Shown: piece by piece, positions 27,515-35,668 of the stretch
Position numbering within the stretch: the first letter of the stretch is position 1
Layout of the letters: each line of letters starts with the position of its first letter
Position numbers and translations under genes: made by a program
Source: a virus
Lineage: Duplodnaviria; Caudoviricetes
Strand: one strand, 5' to 3'
DNA: 53,855 bases
IMG/VR virus record: IMGVR_UViG_3300027771_000019
Coordinates: 1-53,855 of that record
Notes under the pieces: model-generated
Told to the model about the DNA's origin: nothing
Databases searched by the model: none
The model's input: the letters and a program-made list of their open reading frames with translations, nothing else

Positions 27515-27715
27515 ATGTTAAGTGAAGGTAGTAAGCGGGATAACACCGAGGGGCACCGCTTTAAATACAAGGTGTATAAGGTGGTCAACACTGCAACTGG
27601 TGTGGAGTACCGCATATCAGGCGCAGGTCTAGAGTTACCCTACGAAGCGTTACGAAACTTATCTTTAGGTGAGGTGTGGAGGGGTGAAAGTAATAGATAT
27701 GAAAGGATATTGTGA
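27515..27715 (+). CDS. Early hypothetical protein
   Basis: AAGGA SD; TGATG coupling to the next gene. Confidence 0.6.
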   Translation: MLSEGSKRDNTEGHRFKYKVYKVVNTATGVEYRISGAGLELPYEALRNLSLGEVWRGESNRYERIL

Positions 27716-27879
27716 TGAAAATAGGGTGGATAGGTTGGAGAAAAGCGTTGTATTTATTAATAATACACACAGCATTTCTTGTTGATACCGTTGTGTTGAT
27801 TGCAACCTTGTCATTAGTGCGTACCAAATTCTATAGTCAGGTACTATTTTCTGATTGGTTAGATGAAAGGATATTGTGA
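27715..27879 (+). CDS. 54-aa early membrane peptide (not in ORF track)
   Basis: MKIGWIGWRKALYLLIIHTAFLVDTVVLIATLSLV...ERIL; AAAGGA SD. Confidence 0.55.
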   Translation: MKIGWIGWRKALYLLIIHTAFLVDTVVLIATLSLVRTKFYSQVLFSDWLDERIL

Positions 27880-28010
27880 TGTGGTATGAGAATGAGGACG
27901 GGTCATGGACATGGTGTGAACCAGCGTGTTGGTATGACCACCTGTGGACTGATGTCCTCGCCGTGATACTAATTGTAATTATGACAACTGTCATACTGTG
28001 TATGGGGTGA
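27879..28010 (+). CDS. 43-aa Trp-rich membrane peptide (not in ORF track)
   Basis: MWYENEDGSWTWCEPACWYDHLWTDVLAVILIVIMTTVILCMG; AAAGGA SD. Confidence 0.55.
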   Translation: MWYENEDGSWTWCEPACWYDHLWTDVLAVILIVIMTTVILCMG

Positions 28011-28084
28011 TCACTACCAGCAAGCGTATGTTTTGTCATACGTTTCGTGGTGCTGATACGGTACCGTCTTTGAAAGGACATACT

Positions 28085-28564
28085 ATGACTAAACCTCTTA
28101 CACAACAACAGCAACAAGCAGTAGTGGCGATGTATTATAACGGTAATACTTATGATGATATTAAACTTGAAATGGGGGTGGGCAACAATACTATTGTTAA
28201 GTTTGTCAATATAGCAAAAGCAGCAGGTGCACCGTCTAGGGTGCGTAAGATCGGCACCAAAATTTCGGAAAGGTTTCATACACTTGAGTTCAAGCACACG
28301 GTGTGTTGCTATTACACCAACCATACTGGTGATCAAACATCAGAAAAATTTGATGTGACTACACGATCAATACATGGGTGGCGCAAAAATCTTGGCTATC
28401 CTAACAAGCATTACGGCAGAAATATTAAACACGATCGCACCGATAACGATGTCAAGTCTTTCAAGGTAACTAAGACAGCATCAGGCAAGTACCGAGCCAA
28501 GATCTTAGAGGGTGCTGTCGCTGCTTTGACAGCAGCAGTAGTAGCACTCAAAGGGCTTGAATAA
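28085..28564 (+). CDS. Early HTH DNA-binding protein
   Basis: Start at MTKPLT (AAAGGA SD); GNTYDDIKLEMGVGNNTI and TSEKFDVTTRSIHGWRK resemble two HTH motifs. Confidence 0.6.
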   Translation: MTKPLTQQQQQAVVAMYYNGNTYDDIKLEMGVGNNTIVKFVNIAKAAGAPSRVRKIGTKISERFHTLEFKHTVCCYYTNHTGDQTSEKFDVTTRSIHGWRKNLGYPNKHYGRNIKHDRTDNDVKSFKVTKTASGKYRAKILEGAVAALTAAVVALKGLE

Positions 28565-28625
28565 GTTTGACTACCATCATACCCTCATGCCATAAAGTGT
28601 GAGGGTATCTTACAAGGAGAACGAT

Positions 28626-30272
28626 ATGACCTATGAAGTAATCATGATTGACCCGGTGGCGGCACAGCATGTGTCCGCTGCAATGGACATTGAGTCCTAT
28701 GACCTGTGTGTCAACCATCTTGTTCGGTGGCACACGTATCATCTGGAAGACAAGGACTTGATGTTCACCAATGGTGGACGTGTCTTCCCCAGCGAGGAGC
28801 CTGTTGGTGCACTCATACCTATTCGCAATGGTACTGTGGAGGTGGCATCTTGCATGTTCGGTGTGGAGCCACGTGAGAATGGTTTTGTTGTACGCCGCAT
28901 CAAGGAGCTACACCCCACTGATACTGTGATGCGAGCCTTTGGTTCGTATGATGATACTCATTGCTGTGGCTTCACTGATGACAGTCTTGTCGGTTGGATT
29001 AGAAATACTATCATGGACTCCAACATAGGTGAGAAGCAAGAGGTTACATCTAATTGGAACTTGAGACTACGTGCTATCCAACCAGTCAGATCCACCAAGT
29101 ATCATGGCAAGATCAGTGTCTTTCAGAGCAGCAAGGATGCTGACAATGACAGACAGGTGGCTATGAAGGCTGGTCGTGCCTTCAGGTTTATCTTTCCTGA
29201 GCTTGATGACTCGGAGCTTGAGACTATTGTTGATGCCTTTCGTGAGAACTTTTCCTTGCGTAAGTATACACTCAAGACAGGCAAAGATCCCAAGCATTTC
29301 ACCCATGCCTACTCACACGATCAGGCTGACATGGACAATCCCAACACCACCTATGACCGCAAGGCTATGATCCACTCATGTATGCGGTATGACTTTGATC
29401 ACTTACCCAGACACCCATGCTCTGCGTATGGTAGTGGTGACTTTGAGATCATCTGGTTGGAGGATGACAAGGGTTGCATTGCTGGTCGCTGTGTTGTATA
29501 CATAGGTGGTTCCACACCTGCTGCTGGGCCTATCTATGGTGTGTGTGAGAAGTCTCTTGACATGATCCAATCACATGTTGATGACATGGGTGCCACTGTC
29601 GGCAGGGATGACTCATGGGATGGTGCCAAGCTACTCAGCTTCCCGCACCAAGATGGATACATCGGTCCTTACCTAGACGTTGACCCCAAGCGTCTCACTG
29701 TTGGTCATGGCTCTGATGATGGCTTTCTTATCGTAGATGAGGACGGTGAGGTTGATGCTAGTAAGTATCAAGGCATACTAGGTAACTCACACTATACCAC
29801 ATGCTGTGAGTGTAGTACTGATTTGGGTGAGGATGACTACTACTACTCAGAGCATACTGATGGTCAATACTGTGAGTGTTGCTACGGCGATGAGCACACC
29901 TTCTGTGAGTATGAGCAAGAGATGGTGCACAACAGCACGTTGGTTGAGGTGTGGACTGATACCCGTTGGGGTGAACGCAGCGAGATGGTGTCAGAGGGTG
30001 CACGGGACAACTCCTTTGTTGAGTGTACCGATGGTAAGTGTTGGCATGAGGATGATGTCAGATACTGTGAGTGTAATGGTGAATGGCTCTCCCCTAAAAC
30101 TCTTAATGATGATTACTTTGAGTCTGATTGGGACGGTGAGATATACCCCAATGAGTTGAAGTGTATGACTGAGGATGATGAGAGTGTCAGTGTTGATGAG
30201 GTAGTAGATGAGGGCGGCAAGGTCGTAAAGATTGATGGTGTATGGAAAATAGTAAAAGAGGATGACGAATAA
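28626..30272 (+). CDS. Early protein with SCM-motif domain and C-terminal acidic Cys-rich zinc-ribbon repeats
   Basis: AAGGAG SD before MTYEVI; HSCMRY...YGSGD...AGRCVV...PIYG; repeated CxxC/CEC motifs. Confidence 0.7.
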   Translation: MTYEVIMIDPVAAQHVSAAMDIESYDLCVNHLVRWHTYHLEDKDLMFTNGGRVFPSEEPVGALIPIRNGTVEVASCMFGVEPRENGFVVRRIKELHPTDTVMRAFGSYDDTHCCGFTDDSLVGWIRNTIMDSNIGEKQEVTSNWNLRLRAIQPVRSTKYHGKISVFQSSKDADNDRQVAMKAGRAFRFIFPELDDSELETIVDAFRENFSLRKYTLKTGKDPKHFTHAYSHDQADMDNPNTTYDRKAMIHSCMRYDFDHLPRHPCSAYGSGDFEIIWLEDDKGCIAGRCVVYIGGSTPAAGPIYGVCEKSLDMIQSHVDDMGATVGRDDSWDGAKLLSFPHQDGYIGPYLDVDPKRLTVGHGSDDGFLIVDEDGEVDASKYQGILGNSHYTTCCECSTDLGEDDYYYSEHTDGQYCECCYGDEHTFCEYEQEMVHNSTLVEVWTDTRWGERSEMVSEGARDNSFVECTDGKCWHEDDVRYCECNGEWLSPKTLNDDYFESDWDGEIYPNELKCMTEDDESVSVDEVVDEGGKVVKIDGVWKIVKEDDE

Positions 30273-31249
30273 TGTATAGCCTAATAGAGATGCTTCGGTA
30301 CAAGAGACCGCAAGGTACACAAACACAAGATGAGTTCTGTGAACGGTTCCTTGAACCACACTTCGGATTGCCTGACAGACACGGCAACTACATACTAAGC
30401 ATAGGTGAGACACCGACTCTCTGCTTTGCATCACACCATGATACAGTACACAGGACTGAGGGTCTGCAACAGTTGGTTGTCACCAGTAATGTTGTATCGG
30501 TTGCTGATACAGCTATCTCCTCATGCCTTGGTGCTGACTGTACCACTGGTGTATGGCTCATGCTTGGCATGATTGAGGCTGGTATTGAGGGTGTGTATGT
30601 CGTTCATGCAGCAGAAGAGGTCGGTTGTGTAGGTAGCTCTGCCCTTGTCAAGGATAATCCGTATTGGTTGACAGGCATTGACGCAGTGATATCCTTTGAC
30701 AGATACGGTGACACCTCAGTGATCACACACCAGATGGGTAAGCGTACAGCTTCATCAGAGTTTGCTACGTCCTTTGCTGACGCAGTAGACTTACCCCAGC
30801 TTATCGCTGACCCCAATGGTTCTTACACTGACTCCAATGAGTATGCTGATGTGGTGCCTGAGTGTACTAATATCAGTGTGGGTTACTACGGTCAGCATGG
30901 TGTCAACGAGACGCAAGACCTTGAGTTCGCTGACCTGCTGATGTACAAGCTGTGCGCTGCCAACTGGTCTAAGCTAGTGATTGCCCGTGATCCCTCACTG
31001 TATGAGTCACAGTACGAGGATGACAACTACTGGTCTAAGAACTGGTCTAGGTTGTATGATGAGGTGTCCTCACCAGATATGTCAGATGACTATGATAGAG
31101 AAAGTATTATCAGTTTGATTGAGAATAATACCTGCGCTGTGGCTGACATGCTGATCAAGATGGGCATGACTGCTGACCTACTGGCTGAGGAAGTTGGTGT
31201 TGATGACAGTCGGTATATCAATGACTACATCAATAGAAGATACGTGTGA
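30272..31249 (+). CDS. M28/M20-like zinc peptidase
   Basis: HHDTVH, LGADCTTG, AAEEVG, FDR and C-terminal GYYGQH metal ligands. Confidence 0.8.
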   Translation: MYSLIEMLRYKRPQGTQTQDEFCERFLEPHFGLPDRHGNYILSIGETPTLCFASHHDTVHRTEGLQQLVVTSNVVSVADTAISSCLGADCTTGVWLMLGMIEAGIEGVYVVHAAEEVGCVGSSALVKDNPYWLTGIDAVISFDRYGDTSVITHQMGKRTASSEFATSFADAVDLPQLIADPNGSYTDSNEYADVVPECTNISVGYYGQHGVNETQDLEFADLLMYKLCAANWSKLVIARDPSLYESQYEDDNYWSKNWSRLYDEVSSPDMSDDYDRESIISLIENNTCAVADMLIKMGMTADLLAEEVGVDDSRYINDYINRRYV

Positions 31250-31272
31250 CAACTTGTCGCAACGATTAGCCC

Positions 31273-31300
31273 TTGCATCGTTTTCTAGTTCGGTATAACT
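31273..31300 (+). promoter_or_regulatory. Promoter TTGCAT-N15-TATAACT upstream of the recombinase
   Basis: Variant of the phage consensus. Confidence 0.6.
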
Positions 31301-31317
31301 AAGGTACTTAGGGTACT

Positions 31318-31373
31318 TACTTAAAGTATTCTTTATTAACTCTATATATAAAAGTTAATAAATACTTTAAGTA
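31318..31373. repeat. 56-bp AT-rich imperfect palindrome
   Basis: TACTTAAAGTAT/ATACTTTAAGTA and TTATTAACT/AGTTAATAA arms around TATATATA. Confidence 0.85.
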
Positions 31374-31390
31374 CACTTCAAGAGGTGAAC

Positions 31391-32476
31391 ATGAAGTATA
31401 CACACAAAGTCAAACGAAAAGATGGCGGTACGAGTTACCGTTTTGTACCACCTACTGACGCTGCACTTGCTGGTGTTGCGTCAAGTCAAACCTTTAGGGA
31501 TGGCAGGATAGCAAGGTACGAGGTGCCTAAGCTAGTAGACTTGATTGATAGCTATAGACGTGGTGACATACTGGTTGGAACGTATGGCCCTAGCTCAACG
31601 CTCAGTCAACTGCTGACACAGTACCTCAACACTAAGCACTTTAATTCTTTGTCGTTCAATACACAAAAGAATTATGAGTACAACTTGAAGGCTATGTGTT
31701 TAGGTCATGTGTTTAGTAAGTCTATTGGCGACATATCAATAAACAAATTGAACACCGTGATCTGTACTGAGATGTATGATCAGTGGGAGGAGGACATCAG
31801 CACTGACCATGCCAATCAATACGCTAGGCTATTGTCTGTACTGATCAATCACTTCGTATCACTAGAGTTTATTACTCACAACCCTATGAAGAATGTGACT
31901 AAGCGTAGCCACCAACCACGTTCAGTTATCTGGACTAATGATCAGGTAGAAACATTTCTTAACAAAGCATTCGCCAACTACAAGTGGCGTAACGTAGGGT
32001 TGATTGTTATGCTGGCCTATGAGTGGGGCCAACGACCTGTTGATATTAGAAATCTTAAGTGGCAAGACATAGACTTCATTAGGGAGACAGTGACTATTAC
32101 TCAGACGAAACGTGGTGCTACTGTTGAGCTACCCATAGATGAGGATGTCATGGCTATGATCACAGAACAGGAGAATGACTGGGGTTGGCAAGACTATGTA
32201 GTACCATTTCAGAGAGCCTCAGACAATGCTTATAGGCCCATGACTGGTGGTCAAGTCAGTGGGATAGTCAATGAGATCAAGGAAGCCTGTAGCCTACCTC
32301 CTGAGCTACGTGCTGGTGATCTCAGGAAGACTGCTATAGTACAGATGATCCAAGGTGGGGCCGAAGCTGCACAGGTTATGTCAGTTACCGGACACAAGAA
32401 CATCACGTCCCTCAACCCATACCTCAAACACAATATAGAAACTGCAACTGTTGCAATGAACAGGAGAAAGAAATGA
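31391..32476 (+). CDS. int: Tyrosine recombinase / integrase
   Basis: GQRPVDI (R), QTKRG (K), GDLRKT (R; first His replaced), TGH, C-terminal Y. Confidence 0.88.
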   Translation: MKYTHKVKRKDGGTSYRFVPPTDAALAGVASSQTFRDGRIARYEVPKLVDLIDSYRRGDILVGTYGPSSTLSQLLTQYLNTKHFNSLSFNTQKNYEYNLKAMCLGHVFSKSIGDISINKLNTVICTEMYDQWEEDISTDHANQYARLLSVLINHFVSLEFITHNPMKNVTKRSHQPRSVIWTNDQVETFLNKAFANYKWRNVGLIVMLAYEWGQRPVDIRNLKWQDIDFIRETVTITQTKRGATVELPIDEDVMAMITEQENDWGWQDYVVPFQRASDNAYRPMTGGQVSGIVNEIKEACSLPPELRAGDLRKTAIVQMIQGGAEAAQVMSVTGHKNITSLNPYLKHNIETATVAMNRRKK

Positions 32477-32688
32477 TACAACGTGATCTATATGATTCAC
32501 TACGAAAGGAATATGAGTGGGCGATGACTAAACTTAAACGAGTGCAGAAAGAGAATGAAGAGTTGCGCCATCAAGTAGAGATGGTTGAACGTGAATCTGA
32601 ATACTGGGAGTTTCAAGCTAAAGAGATTGAAAAACGTAAGTTAAAAGTTGAGGCTGAACTAAAGCTATGGAAAGGGACAGCACCATGA
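32473..32688 (+). CDS. Coiled-coil hypothetical protein
   Basis: ATGA overlap with int; AGGAG SD. Confidence 0.65.
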   Translation: MIQRDLYDSLRKEYEWAMTKLKRVQKENEELRHQVEMVERESEYWEFQAKEIEKRKLKVEAELKLWKGTAP

Positions 32689-32840
32689 TACAAAGATTGT
32701 TAGATTGGATAGAGAAAAAACTTGACAGGGGTGACACACCTGAGTACTTGAACGGCAACCTAAGGTTGGAGGAATTGTTTAAGCATGAACGTGAAGAAGC
32801 TATGAAGGATTTCAAAGATGAAGGAACATGGAATGGCTAG
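32685..32840 (+). CDS. 51-aa hypothetical protein (not in ORF track)
   Basis: MIQRLLDWIEKKLDRGDTPEYL...; ATGA coupling. Confidence 0.55.
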   Translation: MIQRLLDWIEKKLDRGDTPEYLNGNLRLEELFKHEREEAMKDFKDEGTWNG

Positions 32841-32982
32841 CAAAGTCTATGTTGTTATGAATGACATAGGACTTACTGCTGTCTACGGTAACAAAAAGAA
32901 AGCTGAGGCACGTGCTGCTTACATTCAAAGTAAGTATGCAATGGAGCATTGGGTAGAGACATGGGAGATTACAGTTGATTGA
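32833..32982 (+). CDS. 49-aa hypothetical protein (not in ORF track)
   Basis: MASKVYVVMNDIGLTAVYGNKKKAEARA...; AAGGA SD; overlaps neighbours. Confidence 0.55.
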   Translation: MASKVYVVMNDIGLTAVYGNKKKAEARAAYIQSKYAMEHWVETWEITVD

Positions 32983-33631
32983 GGTAACACACATAGATCA
33001 TATGGGTTCAGACCTGAGTGTTGTTAATGCAGCACGGGTTAGCTTTGGTAAGAAGAGTGAGGCACTAGGTACGTCAGGCGTAGAGGGCCAACCTATGACA
33101 CCTATCCTCAATGATCCTGACAAGAAGTTGATTAAGTATCTAGCCAAGCACAAGCACATGTCACCCTTCGGTCATTGCTTCGCTTCGTTTCACATCAAGG
33201 CGCCTGTCTTTGTGGCACGTCAGCTAGTCAAGCATAAGTTCCTACGATGGAATGAGATTAGTAGGAGGTACGTGAGCGATAATCCAGAGTTTTATCGCCC
33301 AGAGGTATGGCGTGGTACGTCAGAAGATAAGAAACAGGGTAGTGCTGGTATAGTAGAAGATGTTAGAGTAGGCGATATCAGCTTAACTGTTAAGGTTCTT
33401 TATAATAGCTTGATAGAAAGAGGCGTCTGCCCAGAGCAAGCACGTATGGTACTACCTCAGTCTACCATGACTGAATGGTACTGGTCAGGTAGTCTTGATG
33501 CCTTCTCTGATATGTGTAAGCTAAGATGTAAGTCTGACACTCAGTATGAGACACGCATAGTGGCTGATCACATATCTAATCTAATGCTAAATCTATTTCC
33601 CAAAAGTTGGAGTGCGCTAGGAGATGACTGA
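32975..33631 (+). CDS. thyX: Flavin-dependent thymidylate synthase
   Basis: VVNAARVSF, HMSPF, RQLVKHKF..NEISRRY, EQARMVLP. Confidence 0.93.
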   Translation: MIEVTHIDHMGSDLSVVNAARVSFGKKSEALGTSGVEGQPMTPILNDPDKKLIKYLAKHKHMSPFGHCFASFHIKAPVFVARQLVKHKFLRWNEISRRYVSDNPEFYRPEVWRGTSEDKKQGSAGIVEDVRVGDISLTVKVLYNSLIERGVCPEQARMVLPQSTMTEWYWSGSLDAFSDMCKLRCKSDTQYETRIVADHISNLMLNLFPKSWSALGDD

Positions 33632-33848
33632 GTTTCAATTAGGTCTTGCATATGGTAGCGGTACACTGTATGCATTGGGTTTCATCTACCAGCTACTGCT
33701 GTTCAAAGACTTAGAAGAAATCTTTGAGAGTGTTGATGGGCCTGTATTATTTAACTGTTTGATCTGGCCTATCTGTGCTGTGATATCAGTAGTAAAAGAA
33801 ATTGTATGGACGATAGAAGATTTAATCTATGGAAAGGATGATGACTAA
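33624..33848 (+). CDS. Small membrane protein
   Basis: Two hydrophobic segments, LIWP motif. Confidence 0.5.
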   Translation: MTEFQLGLAYGSGTLYALGFIYQLLLFKDLEEIFESVDGPVLFNCLIWPICAVISVVKEIVWTIEDLIYGKDDD

Positions 33849-33924
33849 GCTAATAACATCACTGTATTAGTTAAGGGGCAATACTTGCCATTACTAACAC
33901 CACAGTAGTAGTAGGAGATAAAAG

Positions 33925-34101
33925 ATGAATGATACTATAAAGATAACTGACATAGACGAACATGAGGATGGCAGCGCAACCGTTCAATTAGACCTTGACC
34001 CCGACACATATGCTGCTATATTCAACGTGGGTTTTGTACACCTAATAATGAAAGGTATAGAATCAGATGTCAGACAACCCACACCAAGCGTGTCCGTTTG
34101 A
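33925..34101 (+). CDS. 58-aa hypothetical protein (not in ORF track)
   Basis: MNDTIKITDIDEHEDGSATVQLDL...; AGGAGA SD. Confidence 0.6.
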   Translation: MNDTIKITDIDEHEDGSATVQLDLDPDTYAAIFNVGFVHLIMKGIESDVRQPTPSVSV

Positions 34102-35668
34102 GGACTGTGGTTCTTCCGATGCATTCAATTGGAACGATGATGGCTATGGCTTCTGTCATAGCTGCGGTGAGTCCTACCCCGCAAAGAAAAACGTAGTGAC
34201 ATTTGACTGGGCAAGGCAATCGTACCCAGTAAAAGAAAGGGTAAACATTATGAATACACCCGTGACTGGCAGCACCTTCAATGACATACGTGGCCTCAAG
34301 CCTGATGTGTGTCAGGTGTATGGCATTCAAGTACAGACAGGTGATGGCAATGTACCTGTACGTTATGCGTACAAGTATCCACACACAGTCAAGTACCGTG
34401 ACTACAATGACAAGTCTAAGTCTTGGATGAAAGACCGTGGCCTTGGCATGAACCACCTCTTTGGCCCTGACTTCAACTCAGGATCATCACAACGTATCTA
34501 CCTTACTGAGGGTGAGTTTGATGCTGCTAGTCTGTATCAGATTCTTGGGGAGAAGTGGCCTGTCAAGTCATTGCCCAGCGCATCCATAGGTGAGAAGTTT
34601 ATCAAGGCTAACTATGCTTACCTCAACTCCTTCAAAGAAGTTGTGTATGCTGGTGAGCTGGACGATGCAGGTAGACGTGCTGCTGACAAACTATACGAGG
34701 CACTGGCAGATAAGTTCTGGTATGTCCCAATGTCAAAGCACAAGGATGCCAATGACTTCCTTACCAACGGTGACGGTGATGACCTCAAGTGGGCAGCACT
34801 CAAGCCACAGCGTTACTCACCTGATAACTTCTTCTGCTCCGATGAGGAAGTAGAGGCAGCTATACGTAACGAGAACCCCTATGAGTATACCCCGACAGGA
34901 CACACAGGTCTTGATGATAAGCTCCGGGGCTTAGTCAAGGGTGGTATCACATTCATCAAGGCACCCCGTGGTATGGGTAAGACCGAGGTGATCCGATACT
35001 TTGAGACAGGGCTACTCAAGACAGAGGATGTACGCATTGCCCTGCTACACATGGAGGAGATGAAGAGTACTACTTATCGTGCGATGGCTTCATATGAATT
35101 GGGTTGCAATGTCCGTACCAAGGATGATGCCAGAGACAATAACATATCTGAGGACAAGGTAGTTGAGGCAGCTAAGGAAGCCACTAAGGGTGAGCGTACC
35201 ATTGTCTTTGAGATGAGGTCACACGATGACCCCCTCAAGTTACTTGAGTATATACGTCTGGCTGCTAGTGTGTATGGTGCAGGTTACATCTTCATTGACC
35301 ATGTACAACGGCTGGCCTACCTGTCTAGCTCAGGGGTTGATGGTGCTACCAGCACACTGACCACACTAGGTTCACGTGCAGCACAGCTTGCCAAAGAGTT
35401 AAACATCGGTGTGATCTTTATCTCTCAGGTCAACGATGACGGACGTACTAAGTATGCTGCATCACTAGAAGAAGAGGCAATCATATGTGTCAAGATTGAA
35501 CGTGATGTAGAGACTGATGATGAGATTCTTCAGAACACAACCAACTTTATCATTGACAAGAACAGACCCTTCGCTAAGTTAGGACATGCAGGGTCAGTGT
35601 ACTACGATCCAGAAACTACACTACTAACCGAAGAAGTGTACAGCGAGAGGAGCGAAATGGCGGCATGA
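34067..35668 (+). CDS. T7-like DNA primase-helicase
   Basis: Zinc finger CPFEDC..CHSC, TOPRIM TEGEFDA/KDAND, Walker A APRGMGKT, FIDH. Confidence 0.93.
   Translation: MSDNPHQACPFEDCGSSDAFNWNDDGYGFCHSCGESYPAKKNVVTFDWARQSYPVKERVNIMNTPVTGSTFNDIRGLKPDVCQVYGIQVQTGDGNVPVRYAYKYPHTVKYRDYNDKSKSWMKDRGLGMNHLFGPDFNSGSSQRIYLTEGEFDAASLYQILGEKWPVKSLPSASIGEKFIKANYAYLNSFKEVVYAGELDDAGRRAADKLYEALADKFWYVPMSKHKDANDFLTNGDGDDLKWAALKPQRYSPDNFFCSDEEVEAAIRNENPYEYTPTGHTGLDDKLRGLVKGGITFIKAPRGMGKTEVIRYFETGLLKTEDVRIALLHMEEMKSTTYRAMASYELGCNVRTKDDARDNNISEDKVVEAAKEATKGERTIVFEMRSHDDPLKLLEYIRLAASVYGAGYIFIDHVQRLAYLSSSGVDGATSTLTTLGSRAAQLAKELNIGVIFISQVNDDGRTKYAASLEEEAIICVKIERDVETDDEILQNTTNFIIDKNRPFAKLGHAGSVYYDPETTLLTEEVYSERSEMAA

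Noticed and set aside
27665-28336. 223-aa minus-strand ORF and the many other antisense ORFs in the track (e.g. 18089-18661, 3635-4009, 29991-30434)
   Set aside because: They are antisense shadows of well-supported genes, lack SDs and have no recognisable motifs
31318-31373. dif/XerCD site or tRNA-derived attP core
   Set aside because: No TTATGTTAAAT XerD arm and no T-loop (GTTCGA) tRNA 3' sequence
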